A stretch of 64,000 nt of DNA. Source: Acidimicrobiia bacterium. Lineage in GTDB: Bacteria; Actinomycetota; Acidimicrobiia; Spongiisociales; ZC4RG35. The notes under the pieces were generated by a model. It was not told the DNA's origin. It saw nothing but the letters and a program-made list of their open reading frames with translations, and ran no database searches. Both the position numbers and the translations under genes were made by a program. The DNA is taken from NCBI GenBank assembly GCA_035544615.1, contig DATKEA010000044.1, positions 4,537 to 68,536 on the forward strand, written 5' to 3'. Below, piece after piece: positions 56,027 to 64,000 of this stretch; the stretch's first letter is position 1, and each line of letters opens with the position of its first letter.

Positions 56027-57226
56027 TCATTGGATCACGACCTCGATCGCACCCATCGCTTCACGTAAGGCTTTCTCGACGGTTTCCGGAGTGTGGGCGC
56101 GGGCGAAGACGAATCCTAGGTAGCGATCTCCCTCCGGAGGTGGCTCGACCCGAGTCCCAACCTGGGCGGTGATGTCGACCGCGGTGACATGTTCGATGTG
56201 GGACAGGGAGTCCAATCCCCTGACCTCGACGAAAGTCCCGGCTGCGGGGATCGGGATCATGAGCACGCCGCTTGCGATCTCCTCCCGTCTCAGCTCCGGT
56301 TTGTCCAGCCCGATTGCGTTGCGCAGGATGAGGGTCTCGAGCGTCGTCCCCATCAGGCCGAAGTTGAGGCTCTTGGAGCACAGACCGCCAATCGAACGAG
56401 CCGCTATCTCGATGACGCGGACCGACCCGCCTTCGGCCTTCATCTCGACGTGAACCGAGCCATGGCTGATGCCGATGCTCTGCAGCGCGGCGACCGCCAC
56501 CCGCCGGCAGTCGGCTTGCACCGACGCTTCGAGACGTGAGGGCGTGATGAGCAGAGTCTCCGGGAAGTACGGGCCTTCGACCGAGTCGGGCTTGTCGAAG
56601 AGGGCGAGTGTTGTCAGGTCGCCTTCGCGGACTATGCCTTCGAGGGCGACCTCTGCTCCCCTCATGTACCCCTCGGCGAGGAGCGGGACGGAAGGGCCGA
56701 CGATGCCACCAACCCTTTCTACGACCGATGCCAGGTCTTCGGCCCGATCGACTCTGATCACCCCTTGACCGGCGGCGCGGTCGAGTGGCTTGACCACCAG
56801 GGGGTACCCCACTTCGTCTCCGGCCGGGCGGGGATCCTCTCCGGGACCGATCACCTTGAATCGGGGTTGGGGGACCTCGGCCGCCTCCATCAGGGCACGT
56901 TGCCGCCCCTTGTCACGGGTGGCTGCTGCTGCCTCCGGCGTGTTGGAGCGCAATCCGAGTTTTGTCGCCGCGAGTGCGGCAACCAGGACGCCGGCATCGT
57001 CAGCGGCTACCACGCCATCTATCGACACGGAATCGCCGAGGCGGACGATTGCGTCTGCTGCATCGTGGGCATCGGCGCAGTCGATCTGGAGATACCGGTC
57101 ACCCATGTCGAACGGTGATGGGTGCTCGGACGCGACGATCAGGTCGACTCCGAGCCCTTCGGCGGCTCGGATGAAGTCGGCGGCGCGGTACGTGGTGCTG
57201 GGGAGGACAACCAGTGCAGTAGGCAT
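56027..57226 (-). CDS. ATP-grasp domain ligase, substrate unknown
   Basis: 399 aa. Pre-ATP-grasp region, YPLVVKPLDRAAGQGV, and the EIAARSIGG region. Confidence 0.7.
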   Translation of the reverse strand: MPTALVVLPSTTYRAADFIRAAEGLGVDLIVASEHPSPFDMGDRYLQIDCADAHDAADAIVRLGDSVSIDGVVAADDAGVLVAALAATKLGLRSNTPEAAAATRDKGRQRALMEAAEVPQPRFKVIGPGEDPRPAGDEVGYPLVVKPLDRAAGQGVIRVDRAEDLASVVERVGGIVGPSVPLLAEGYMRGAEVALEGIVREGDLTTLALFDKPDSVEGPYFPETLLITPSRLEASVQADCRRVAVAALQSIGISHGSVHVEMKAEGGSVRVIEIAARSIGGLCSKSLNFGLMGTTLETLILRNAIGLDKPELRREEIASGVLMIPIPAAGTFVEVRGLDSLSHIEHVTAVDITAQVGTRVEPPPEGDRYLGFVFARAHTPETVEKALREAMGAIEVVIQ

Positions 57227-57259
57227 GTTGATTCAGGGGACTGGTTACCATCCTGGCAG

Positions 57260-57874
57260 ATGTCCGAAAACACCGTGCTCAGCGTCACCCCGGAAGCCCT
57301 GGACATGATCCTTCAGCTGAGGGATCAGGAGCCCGGTGACGGTGAGTTCGCCCTGTCCATCGAAGTGACCGGCTTCCGCGGCCCTCAGTTCACCTATGAG
57401 CTGGCGTTTGTGGCCGTCGACGACATGAAGGAGGGCTGGGTCGTCGAGAGAATCGGCGATCTCGCCTTGATGTTCCCGGCCGACGATCGCGAGAAGCTCG
57501 ATGGCGCTTTCCTGGAGCTCACCGACCAGGGCTTGTCGATGAACAACCCCAACAGCCCGGCTCCTCCGCCGATGTCGGCACCAGGAGGCGACCTGTCGGG
57601 CCCGCTCGTAGATCAGGTGCAACAGGTCATAGTCGAACAGGTCAACCCGGCCATTGCCGCTCATGGCGGCGGCGCCGAGTTGGTGTCTGTCGACGGGACC
57701 ATCGCTTACCTCAGGTTGTTCGGTGGCTGTCAGGGCTGTGGCCTCGCCCAGGTCACGCTGAAACAAGGAATCGAGCGAATCCTGTTGGAGTCGATTCCTG
57801 CTCTGACCCAGGTCGTGGATGTGACTGATCACGCTTCAGGGGACGATCCCTACTACCAGAGCCAGAAGAAGTAA
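57260..57874 (+). CDS. Fe-S cluster carrier, HesB/IscA-like N-terminal domain fused to NifU C-terminal domain (NfuA-type)
   Basis: ATG at 57260. The C-terminal half has NPAIAAHGGGAELV and the CQGC motif. 204 aa. Confidence 0.75.
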   Translation: MSENTVLSVTPEALDMILQLRDQEPGDGEFALSIEVTGFRGPQFTYELAFVAVDDMKEGWVVERIGDLALMFPADDREKLDGAFLELTDQGLSMNNPNSPAPPPMSAPGGDLSGPLVDQVQQVIVEQVNPAIAAHGGGAELVSVDGTIAYLRLFGGCQGCGLAQVTLKQGIERILLESIPALTQVVDVTDHASGDDPYYQSQKK

Positions 57875-57900
57875 GCGGCAAGCATCACTCGAGGAGCATC

Positions 57901-58824
57901 ATGAGCGGGCCGGTTCAACCGCTTGACGTCTCGGTCGACCAAGGGCCACTGGCCCGAATCGAGGTGAAGGAGGGCCGATCAGCCTCGGTGGGTGGAATGT
58001 CGATCAGCCGTGTCCTGCCGACGAAGGGCCGGCGGACCATCGGTCCTTGGTGTTTTGTCGATCTGATTCTCCCTCCCGACTTCGACGATCCCCACCCAAT
58101 GGAGGTAGGCCCTCATCCCCATACCGGGTTGGCCACCGTCACCTGGCTCTTCGAAGGGGAGGCGCTGCACACTGATTCCCTGGGGACCGAGCAGCCGATC
58201 CGCCCTGGCCAGCTCAACCTGATGACGTCGGGCAACGGCATCGCACACGCAGAGCTGGGCACCACCAGCGGAATCCACGGGGCGCAGATGTGGCTCGCCC
58301 AACCCGAGGAGACCCGTCACGGGCAGTCGCGATTCGAACACATCGAGGACCTGCCTCGCGTCGAGCTGCGCGGTGGCGAAGCGACGGTGATAATCGGTGA
58401 GCTGGAGGGGTCCACGTCACCGGCCTCGGTCGATTGGCCAACGATCGGGCTCGATGTGCAGGTGGGCGAGGGCCGTGTCGAGGTCGAGGCCGACCCTGCC
58501 TTCGAATACGCGGTGGTGCCGATCGATCATGCGGTCAAGGTTGAGGAGGCAATCGTCGAGCCGGGTTGGCTGGCCCTGGTCCCGACTGGGGCGGACCTGC
58601 TCCCGGTCGAGACCTCGGGGGCGAGCGCGAGGTTCCTGATCCTCGGGGGCGAGCCGCTCGGGGAGCCGATCGAGATGTGGTGGAACTTCGTGGCGCGTTC
58701 CAAGGAGGAGATCACCGCTGCTTGGAGAGCATGGCAGGACCATGATCTCGACCGATTCGGCAACGTGCGCTCAGAGCTGGCCCGGATCGACGCCCCGGCT
58801 CCTCCCTGGCTGGCGGCCGATTGA
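57901..58824 (+). CDS. pirin family protein
   Basis: 307 aa. GPHPHTGLATVTWL metal-binding histidines and bicupin length. Confidence 0.8.
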   Translation: MSGPVQPLDVSVDQGPLARIEVKEGRSASVGGMSISRVLPTKGRRTIGPWCFVDLILPPDFDDPHPMEVGPHPHTGLATVTWLFEGEALHTDSLGTEQPIRPGQLNLMTSGNGIAHAELGTTSGIHGAQMWLAQPEETRHGQSRFEHIEDLPRVELRGGEATVIIGELEGSTSPASVDWPTIGLDVQVGEGRVEVEADPAFEYAVVPIDHAVKVEEAIVEPGWLALVPTGADLLPVETSGASARFLILGGEPLGEPIEMWWNFVARSKEEITAAWRAWQDHDLDRFGNVRSELARIDAPAPPWLAAD

Positions 58825-58848
58825 GAGCGGCGTTGGGCCGTGGGCGCC

Positions 58849-59658
58849 CTACTTAGGCGGTATTTGGGGTGGCCCCTCTGAACGTACAGACTCAGAGGTC
58901 GCCTCTTCGGTTCGTAGCAGCCGCTCAATGGCATCCAGCCGCTCATGCAGCCGGGCTACGTCATTCGCCAGATGGTCGGCGTCTTTTTCGTCGCCCTCAA
59001 CAAAGTGTGCCGCTACGGATGCTGTGATGACCGCGAGCAGACCGATACCGAGCATCATGAGAACAGCAGCGGCGATCCTCCCGCCAAGGGTGACCGGAAA
59101 GTAGTCCCCATAGCCAACCGTGGTGATGGTGACAATTGCCCACCACAGTCCATCACTGAGCGCCGAACCTTCGAGTACGGCGAACGCTCCACCGATGCCC
59201 ATGGCTACAAGCAGGGTGACGATGATGATGTAGCCAAGTCCTCGTTTGGCGAAGATGGTGCGGGTAGCGAACACGCCCCGACTTATCACAGCCGCCAGCC
59301 GTAACAGACGCAGCAGCCGGAACACACGCCCCAATCGCAGGAGACGCAGCAATCGTGTCGAGGCCAACAAGCCGGGAAGCAGCGGGAAAGACGAGACGAT
59401 TATGAAAACGTCGAGCCAGGCTTTCCTCGTGTAGGCCCATCGACGGTCGGACAGCGAGACAACGATCACATATTCGGCTGTAAACGCGCTCCAGATCAGC
59501 CAATTGCCCGCTCCCACTAACCGCATCCATCCGAGGCTGGTGGCTTGCTCTTCGATAACGATGACCGGGACGACTAACAGCGCCGCCACCAGTACCGGGA
59601 TTTCAAAACGGCGTCGCGCCTCGGCGGCAGACTCGTTGAGCACATCCTCAATCGCCAC
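58849..59658 (-). CDS. voltage-sensor-containing potassium channel (Kv/KvAP-like)
   Basis: 269 aa, GTG start. S4-like RLLRLLRLGRVFRLLRLLRL with Arg at every third position, and selectivity filter TTVGYGD. Confidence 0.8.
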   Translation of the reverse strand: MAIEDVLNESAAEARRRFEIPVLVAALLVVPVIVIEEQATSLGWMRLVGAGNWLIWSAFTAEYVIVVSLSDRRWAYTRKAWLDVFIIVSSFPLLPGLLASTRLLRLLRLGRVFRLLRLLRLAAVISRGVFATRTIFAKRGLGYIIIVTLLVAMGIGGAFAVLEGSALSDGLWWAIVTITTVGYGDYFPVTLGGRIAAAVLMMLGIGLLAVITASVAAHFVEGDEKDADHLANDVARLHERLDAIERLLRTEEATSESVRSEGPPQIPPK

Positions 59659-59883
59659 TGCTTTGTCACCCCTTCGCTATCACCCGCCAGGCAGAGTACC
59701 GAGCCAAGCCGACAGCTTGTATCTGTCTGGGCCGTCTAGACACTGGGATTGGCATTCCCGGTGGTTGCTCTCAGGAGATGGGAGGCGCGCTTCGAGCTGG
59801 TCTAGGTCTTTGTGCAAGATTCCAAGTGAGGCCCCCGAGGACGAGAGTCGCCATCATGACGTCGAGGGCTTTACGTTGTCTGC

Positions 59884-60609
59884 GTGACATTCACAAAGCA
59901 AGACCTCCAACAATTCGAGGACTTCGGAGTTCCCGACCTGATCGGCGAGGACTGCCGGTTGCTTATTGTGGGTATCAATCCCGGCCTTTGGACCGCGGCC
60001 GCGGGACTCCACTTCGCCCATCCGACCAATCGCTTCTGGCCCGCGATGCGTAGGTCCGGTTTGTCTGACTTCGAGCCGAGCATCAGACCACTTGCCCCAA
60101 GCGTGCCGATAAGTGAACCTGATTTCTTGGGTCAAGCTGTCTCCGGGCTATGGACCGCGGCCGCCAACACTCACTTCTGTCACCCGTCGAACCGTTTCTA
60201 CCCGGCGTTGCGTGGCGCGGGTTTGATCGGGTGGGACATCGACACCGCCACGGGCATGACCGCCGAAGACAGGGCTCGTTTCGCCGAGGCGGGGTTGGGG
60301 ATCACCAATCTGGTGCCCCGAGCAACGGTGAGGGCCTCTCAGTTGGCGGCGTCGGAGCTTCGGACAGGTGCGGACCGTCTCCTGCGGTTGGTGGATGAGA
60401 TGACGCCGAGAGTCGTTGCGATCGCGGGCGTGACTGCTTACCGCACCGCTTTCGGCCGTCCGGGAGCCGAGCTGGGATCGCAGCCGGATGCGATCGGGCG
60501 CTCCGAGCTCTGGGTCGTGCCCAACCCGAGTGGGCTCAACGCCCACGAGACCATCGAATCGCTGGCCGGCTGGTTCCGGCGTGTCGGCTTGGCGGCAGGT
60601 CTGTTGTGA
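59884..60609 (+). CDS. mug: G/U mismatch-specific uracil-DNA glycosylase (Mug/TDG family) carrying a ~54-aa internal partial duplication
   Basis: 241 aa. GINPG...HFAHPTNRFW and the C-terminal VVPNPSGLN match E. coli Mug motifs from memory. A second GLWTAAA..HFCHPSNRFY copy lies 54 aa downstream. Confidence 0.75.
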   Translation: MTFTKQDLQQFEDFGVPDLIGEDCRLLIVGINPGLWTAAAGLHFAHPTNRFWPAMRRSGLSDFEPSIRPLAPSVPISEPDFLGQAVSGLWTAAANTHFCHPSNRFYPALRGAGLIGWDIDTATGMTAEDRARFAEAGLGITNLVPRATVRASQLAASELRTGADRLLRLVDEMTPRVVAIAGVTAYRTAFGRPGAELGSQPDAIGRSELWVVPNPSGLNAHETIESLAGWFRRVGLAAGLL

Positions 60610-60860
60610 CCGAGCCGAGCCCTCGGCAGGTCCTATACGCAGCTGTCGCAGCTTGTTTTCTGGTGGTTGTGGCGCTGCTGATTGTGGCCGGCGCCGTCAC
60701 CGGTTTGGTGCCCGCTTGGTGGACTGCCATCCTCGGAGGGAGTCTCATGCTCCTCGCCATCTGGTCGGGATACAACTGGCGGAGGACCGGCCCGGTGCTG
60801 CTCGGTTCCATCGGCTTCTTCGTGATCTGGACGATCGGGACCTTGATCGTTGCCACATGA
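60606..60860 (+). CDS. small membrane protein (84 aa, 3 predicted TM)
   Basis: GTGA overlap with the mug stop. Uniformly hydrophobic helices. Confidence 0.55.
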   Translation: MTEPSPRQVLYAAVAACFLVVVALLIVAGAVTGLVPAWWTAILGGSLMLLAIWSGYNWRRTGPVLLGSIGFFVIWTIGTLIVAT

Positions 60861-60902
60861 CCTTCCCATCCGTATCGTTGATCCGACGGCTTACCGGCTC
60901 CG

Positions 60903-61775
60903 GTGTCTGCCCGTCGTTTACCATCCCCACTCGTGACCAGAGACGTGTCCGTACCAGACTCGACCGCAACCGAGACGATCAGGAGGATCGGGCCCCCCCT
61001 GGTCCTGGCCTCGGTGCTCGGGTCGACTCTCGGGATCGTGTTAGCGCAGTTCGTGGACGATCTTGGCGACGGCATCCTGGCCATGATCCTGGGGGGCAAT
61101 GCCGTCGTCTTCAACAATCGGGCGATCGTTACGGGAACCACAGATGTCGTCTGGGCAGGCGGGTTCCTGCTGTGCCTGATCGTCGGGTTCCTCGCCTTGT
61201 TCGCCTATCCAACGGCCCGCGGTCACGGCGTGGCCAGGCTGACCCTGCTTTGGATGGTGTTGCACCTCCTGCGCCAGGCCTTCATTCAGGCGATGATGTT
61301 GCCCTTGGACAGCACCAGTGATCTGGCCCTGGCTTATCAAACACTCGACGCCCCGCCCGGCCTGGATGTGGTGATCGCCGCCGGCGGAGGGGTCGGGCTT
61401 CTTCTCATCGCCCTGTCCGCGGCATCTGCTTTCCTTGCTTTTGCGCCCCACCACCGAATGATCTCAAACAGTCGGAAGCGTCTCACCTTCGCGTTTTGGA
61501 TCGCGCTGGTCCCGGCGGTGGCCGCGGCGTTCATCGCCATACCGTTCTTCGTCCCTGACGCGGGAAGTGGTGTGGTGCCCGCCTTACCCCTCACCGCGGT
61601 GATCTTCCTGGCAACCGTGGCCGCGGCCCCGGGAACGACCACCGTCCACGGTCCCGAGGACCAACGCGAGACCCCCTGGCCCTGGGGCCTAGGGACCATG
61701 CTGATCGTCATTCTGCTCTTCCAGTTGTTCGTGCTGCGCGGCGGCGTCTCGGTCGACCCGACCCGCTGGGGTTAA
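60903..61775 (+). CDS. polytopic membrane protein, unknown function
   Basis: 290 aa, ~7 hydrophobic segments. GTG start is uncertain. Confidence 0.5.
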   Translation: MSARRLPSPLVTRDVSVPDSTATETIRRIGPPLVLASVLGSTLGIVLAQFVDDLGDGILAMILGGNAVVFNNRAIVTGTTDVVWAGGFLLCLIVGFLALFAYPTARGHGVARLTLLWMVLHLLRQAFIQAMMLPLDSTSDLALAYQTLDAPPGLDVVIAAGGGVGLLLIALSAASAFLAFAPHHRMISNSRKRLTFAFWIALVPAVAAAFIAIPFFVPDAGSGVVPALPLTAVIFLATVAAAPGTTTVHGPEDQRETPWPWGLGTMLIVILLFQLFVLRGGVSVDPTRWG

Positions 61776-61793
61776 GTCATTCCCAGGGCACAC

Positions 61794-62252
61794 GTGATCA
61801 CCGTTAGTGACGGGGTGAGTGCCGGTGTGCGGGAGGACTCGTCGGGTGATGCTCTGGCCACGGTCCTCTCCCAGTCCGGTTACGAAGTCGGTCGCAGCGT
61901 GGTGGCGGACGAAGAGGCTGAAATCGCCGCCGCCATTCAAGCGGTCGCTGCCGAGGTGCGACTGGTCCTGACCACCGGGGGCACCGGCCTCGGGCCTCGG
62001 GATGTCACCCCCGAAGCCACCGTCCGCATCCTGGAGCGCTCGGCGCCCGGCTTGACCCATCTCATGATGGCGAGAGGGCTCGAATCGACACCCTTGGCCG
62101 CGCTGTCGCGGGCGCAGGCCGGATCGATTGGCTCGACGCTCGTGGTGAACCTGCCCGGTTCGACCAAGGGAGCCTTGGAAAGCCTCGAGGCCATCATCGG
62201 CGTGATTCCTCACGCCCTGGACCTGTTGGCGGGGGACACCGAGCATCGTTAG
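61794..62252 (+). CDS. mog: molybdopterin adenylyltransferase MogA/MoaB family
   Basis: 152 aa. VLTTGGTGLGPRDVTPEAT and NLPGS motifs. Confidence 0.85.
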   Translation: MITVSDGVSAGVREDSSGDALATVLSQSGYEVGRSVVADEEAEIAAAIQAVAAEVRLVLTTGGTGLGPRDVTPEATVRILERSAPGLTHLMMARGLESTPLAALSRAQAGSIGSTLVVNLPGSTKGALESLEAIIGVIPHALDLLAGDTEHR

Positions 62253-62312
62253 GGATAACCCGGCGCGAGTCACTAGCGTTCCTCCGCCTGTGTCGGGGCG
62301 CCGAGGAGAGCT

Positions 62313-62876
62313 ATGAAGATCGAACACGAATTCACAGTCGGCCGGTCACCAGAGGTCGTCTGGGAGTTCTTCCAGGATGTGCCGTCCGTCGCCCAGTGCC
62401 TGCCGGGAGCCGAGCTTCTCGGACAGGGTGACGATGGCGCCTACGAAGGCAAGCTCTCGGTGAAGCTAGGCCCGATGGCGGCGTCGTTCGAGGGAACGGC
62501 CGTCGTCTCACCCGACCCTGCCACCAAGACCGCCACCATCGACGGCAAAGGAGTCGACAAGAGCGGTGGGTCGCGCGGCCAGGTGAAGGTGGACTACTCG
62601 ATCGTGCCTGATGGCTCAGGCTCCAAGGTGGGTGTCAACGCCGACGTCACCCTCTCCGGCCCTGTCGCCCAGTTTGGAAGAACCGGTCTAATCAACGAGA
62701 TGTCAAAGCGCTTGATCGGGGAATTCGTCGAGTGCCTGGAGGCAAAGCTCACCGCGGTCACGCCGGCCGAGGCGTCGGGCATCGAGGCGGGCGAGGTCCG
62801 TGGCATATCTCTGTTTCTTGCCTCACTGTGGAGTTGGATCAAGGGTCTCTTCGCCAAGGAGCCGAAAGGCAATTGA
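62313..62876 (+). CDS. coxG: SRPBCC/CoxG family protein
   Basis: 187 aa. The N-terminus F.V......VW.F..D...VA.CLPGAEL.......Y.G...VKLGPM matches the CoxG pattern. Confidence 0.75.
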   Translation: MKIEHEFTVGRSPEVVWEFFQDVPSVAQCLPGAELLGQGDDGAYEGKLSVKLGPMAASFEGTAVVSPDPATKTATIDGKGVDKSGGSRGQVKVDYSIVPDGSGSKVGVNADVTLSGPVAQFGRTGLINEMSKRLIGEFVECLEAKLTAVTPAEASGIEAGEVRGISLFLASLWSWIKGLFAKEPKGN

Positions 62877-63250
62877 CCAGGTTGTGGTTGGGCCTTCTCG
62901 GTCTTCTCCTGCTGGCATCATGTGGTGGCAGCGAGTCCGCATCGATCACCGGCGACGTCGTCGTCGTGAAGATGTTCGACAATCGATTCGAGTACACGGA
63001 GATCGTGATCCCGGTGGGAGGTAGCGTCAACTTCGTCGGAGCGGGACGAAACCCGCACAACGCTGTCGCCGCCGACGGTTCGTGGTCGACCGAGTCCGTG
63101 TTCGGAAGCCTGGAGCAAGGCGATGGGGACGAGGCCCTGCTCACATTCGAGTCCGCGGGGGAGTATGTGTTCTATTGCACATTGCATGGGAACGCCGAAG
63201 GTGCCGGTATGGCGGCAACGTTGACCGTTGGTGGATCCGAGGGTGAATAG
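62873..63250 (+). CDS. cupredoxin (plastocyanin/pseudoazurin-like) lipoprotein
   Basis: TTG at 62873 (TTGA overlap with the coxG stop). Lipobox LLLASC. Type-1 copper ligand pattern H (NPHN) ... YCTLHGNAEGAGM. Confidence 0.7.
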   Translation: MTRLWLGLLGLLLLASCGGSESASITGDVVVVKMFDNRFEYTEIVIPVGGSVNFVGAGRNPHNAVAADGSWSTESVFGSLEQGDGDEALLTFESAGEYVFYCTLHGNAEGAGMAATLTVGGSEGE

Positions 63251-64000
63251 AAGCTGGCTCCTGCTGATTGCGGGGACAGTCTTCAGCCTCGCCGCTTGCG
63301 CCGGCCCGCCGTTCGGCGATCCGTCACCGGCAGCGCTCGGAGACCCAGCGACGGACTCCCCGGCGGAATGGTCGGGCGAGACCCGTCACGTCCCCGAGGA
63401 TTACCCGACCATCCAGGCAGCTGTCGACGCGGCCGGGGCCGGTGACCTGGTCCTGATCGACCGCGGCGTGTACCGGGAGGAGGTGGAGGTCACCACACCA
63501 GGCCTCACCATCCGCGGCGTCGATCGCAACGATGTGATCATCGACGGGGAGTTCCAGCGGCCGAACGGCATCGAGGTGTTCCTCGCCGACGGCATCGCCG
63601 TGGAGAATCTCACCGTGCGCAACGCCACCGGGAACGGGTTCTTCTGGACGGGGGTGCGGGGTTACCGCGGGTCGTACCTAACCGCGGTCAACAACGGTGT
63701 GTACGGCATCTATGCCTTCGATTCCAGCGACGGCCTGTTCGAGCACTCCTATGCGTCGGGCTCGCCCGATGCCGGTTTCTACATCGGCCAATGCGACCCC
63801 TGCCAGGCGACGATCACCGATTCGGTCTCAGAGTGGAACGGGCTCGGCTACTCGGGCACGAATGCCTCCACCGACCTCTACATCGTCGACTCGGTATTCC
63901 GTCACAACGTGGCTGGCATCGCGCCCAACACCCTTGACGGGGAGCTGCTCCCGCCCTTCCACGGCGTCAACGTGGTCGGAAACCTGGTTCATGACAATGG
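63243..64000 (+). CDS. right-handed beta-helix (NosD/pectin-lyase-fold-like) lipoprotein, 5' partial (runs off the window)
   Basis: Not in the ORF track because there is no stop in the window. GTG at 63243 overlaps the cupredoxin stop by 8 nt. VNRSWLLLIAGTVFSLAAC lipobox, then GVYREEVEV...GLTIRG...ENLTVRN..GNGFFW..GVYGIYAF beta-helix repeats. The frame is open to 64000. Confidence 0.7.
   Translation, partial: MNRSWLLLIAGTVFSLAACAGPPFGDPSPAALGDPATDSPAEWSGETRHVPEDYPTIQAAVDAAGAGDLVLIDRGVYREEVEVTTPGLTIRGVDRNDVIIDGEFQRPNGIEVFLADGIAVENLTVRNATGNGFFWTGVRGYRGSYLTAVNNGVYGIYAFDSSDGLFEHSYASGSPDAGFYIGQCDPCQATITDSVSEWNGLGYSGTNASTDLYIVDSVFRHNVAGIAPNTLDGELLPPFHGVNVVGNLVHDN

Noticed and set aside
59659-59883. 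A possible c-di-AMP (ydaO-type) or other riboswitch in the 225-bp divergent region upstream of the K+ channel.
   Set aside because: No ydaO-like conserved blocks or pseudo-two-fold architecture are recognisable, only short weak hairpins. I treat it as an ordinary divergent promoter region.
1-64000. Mobile elements, prophage, integrase/transposase genes, rRNA/tRNA genes and CRISPR-Cas.
   Set aside because: None of the supported ORFs shows transposase (DDE), recombinase, phage structural or Cas motifs. I noticed no long inverted or direct terminal repeats. I could not run a systematic repeat search, so short or degenerate elements could have been missed.

Overview
High-GC bacterial chromosomal window. 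GC content was judged by eye, not computed. The gene content, the frequent GTG/TTG starts and the many 4-nt start/stop overlaps look like Actinomycetota, possibly an Acidimicrobiia-like lineage (inference only). I can support about 58 protein-coding genes on both strands, tightly packed. I saw no rRNA, tRNA, CRISPR array, transposase, integrase or other mobile-element signature. Because of the GC content the six-frame track is full of long antisense or shadow ORFs. I kept only frames with recognisable protein-like sequence or motifs, and I re-assigned several starts by hand, each checked for frame against the ORF track. Content by region: (1) transporters and envelope genes (MFS, EamA/DMT, sulfatase-like plus methyltransferase module); (2) mannosylglycerate-synthase-like GT divergent from a four-gene herA-sbcD(mre11)-sbcC(rad50)-nurA-like operon; (3) a 462-bp lower-GC orphan gap; (4) gpsA, ychF, CPA2-USP antiporter; (5) glycine riboswitch plus stand-alone gcvP; (6) manC, cytochrome c-menC-menD, menF-murI; (7) two peptide-type ABC substrate-binding proteins, one with a full permease/ATPase set; (8) an acyl-CoA ligase / ACAD / SDR / MaoC beta-oxidation cluster; (9) housekeeping genes (Ldt, 2-hydroxyacid dehydrogenase, thiN, ATP-grasp, Nfu, pirin, Kv-type channel, mug, mog, coxG, cupredoxin, beta-helix lipoprotein). 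The most interesting item is the archaeal-order HerA-Mre11-Rad50-NurA-like module at 13935-20032. Next are the adjacent orphan region, the single-step mannosylglycerate synthase candidate and an internally duplicated Mug glycosylase. All product calls rest on motif recognition from memory and none was verified by a search.
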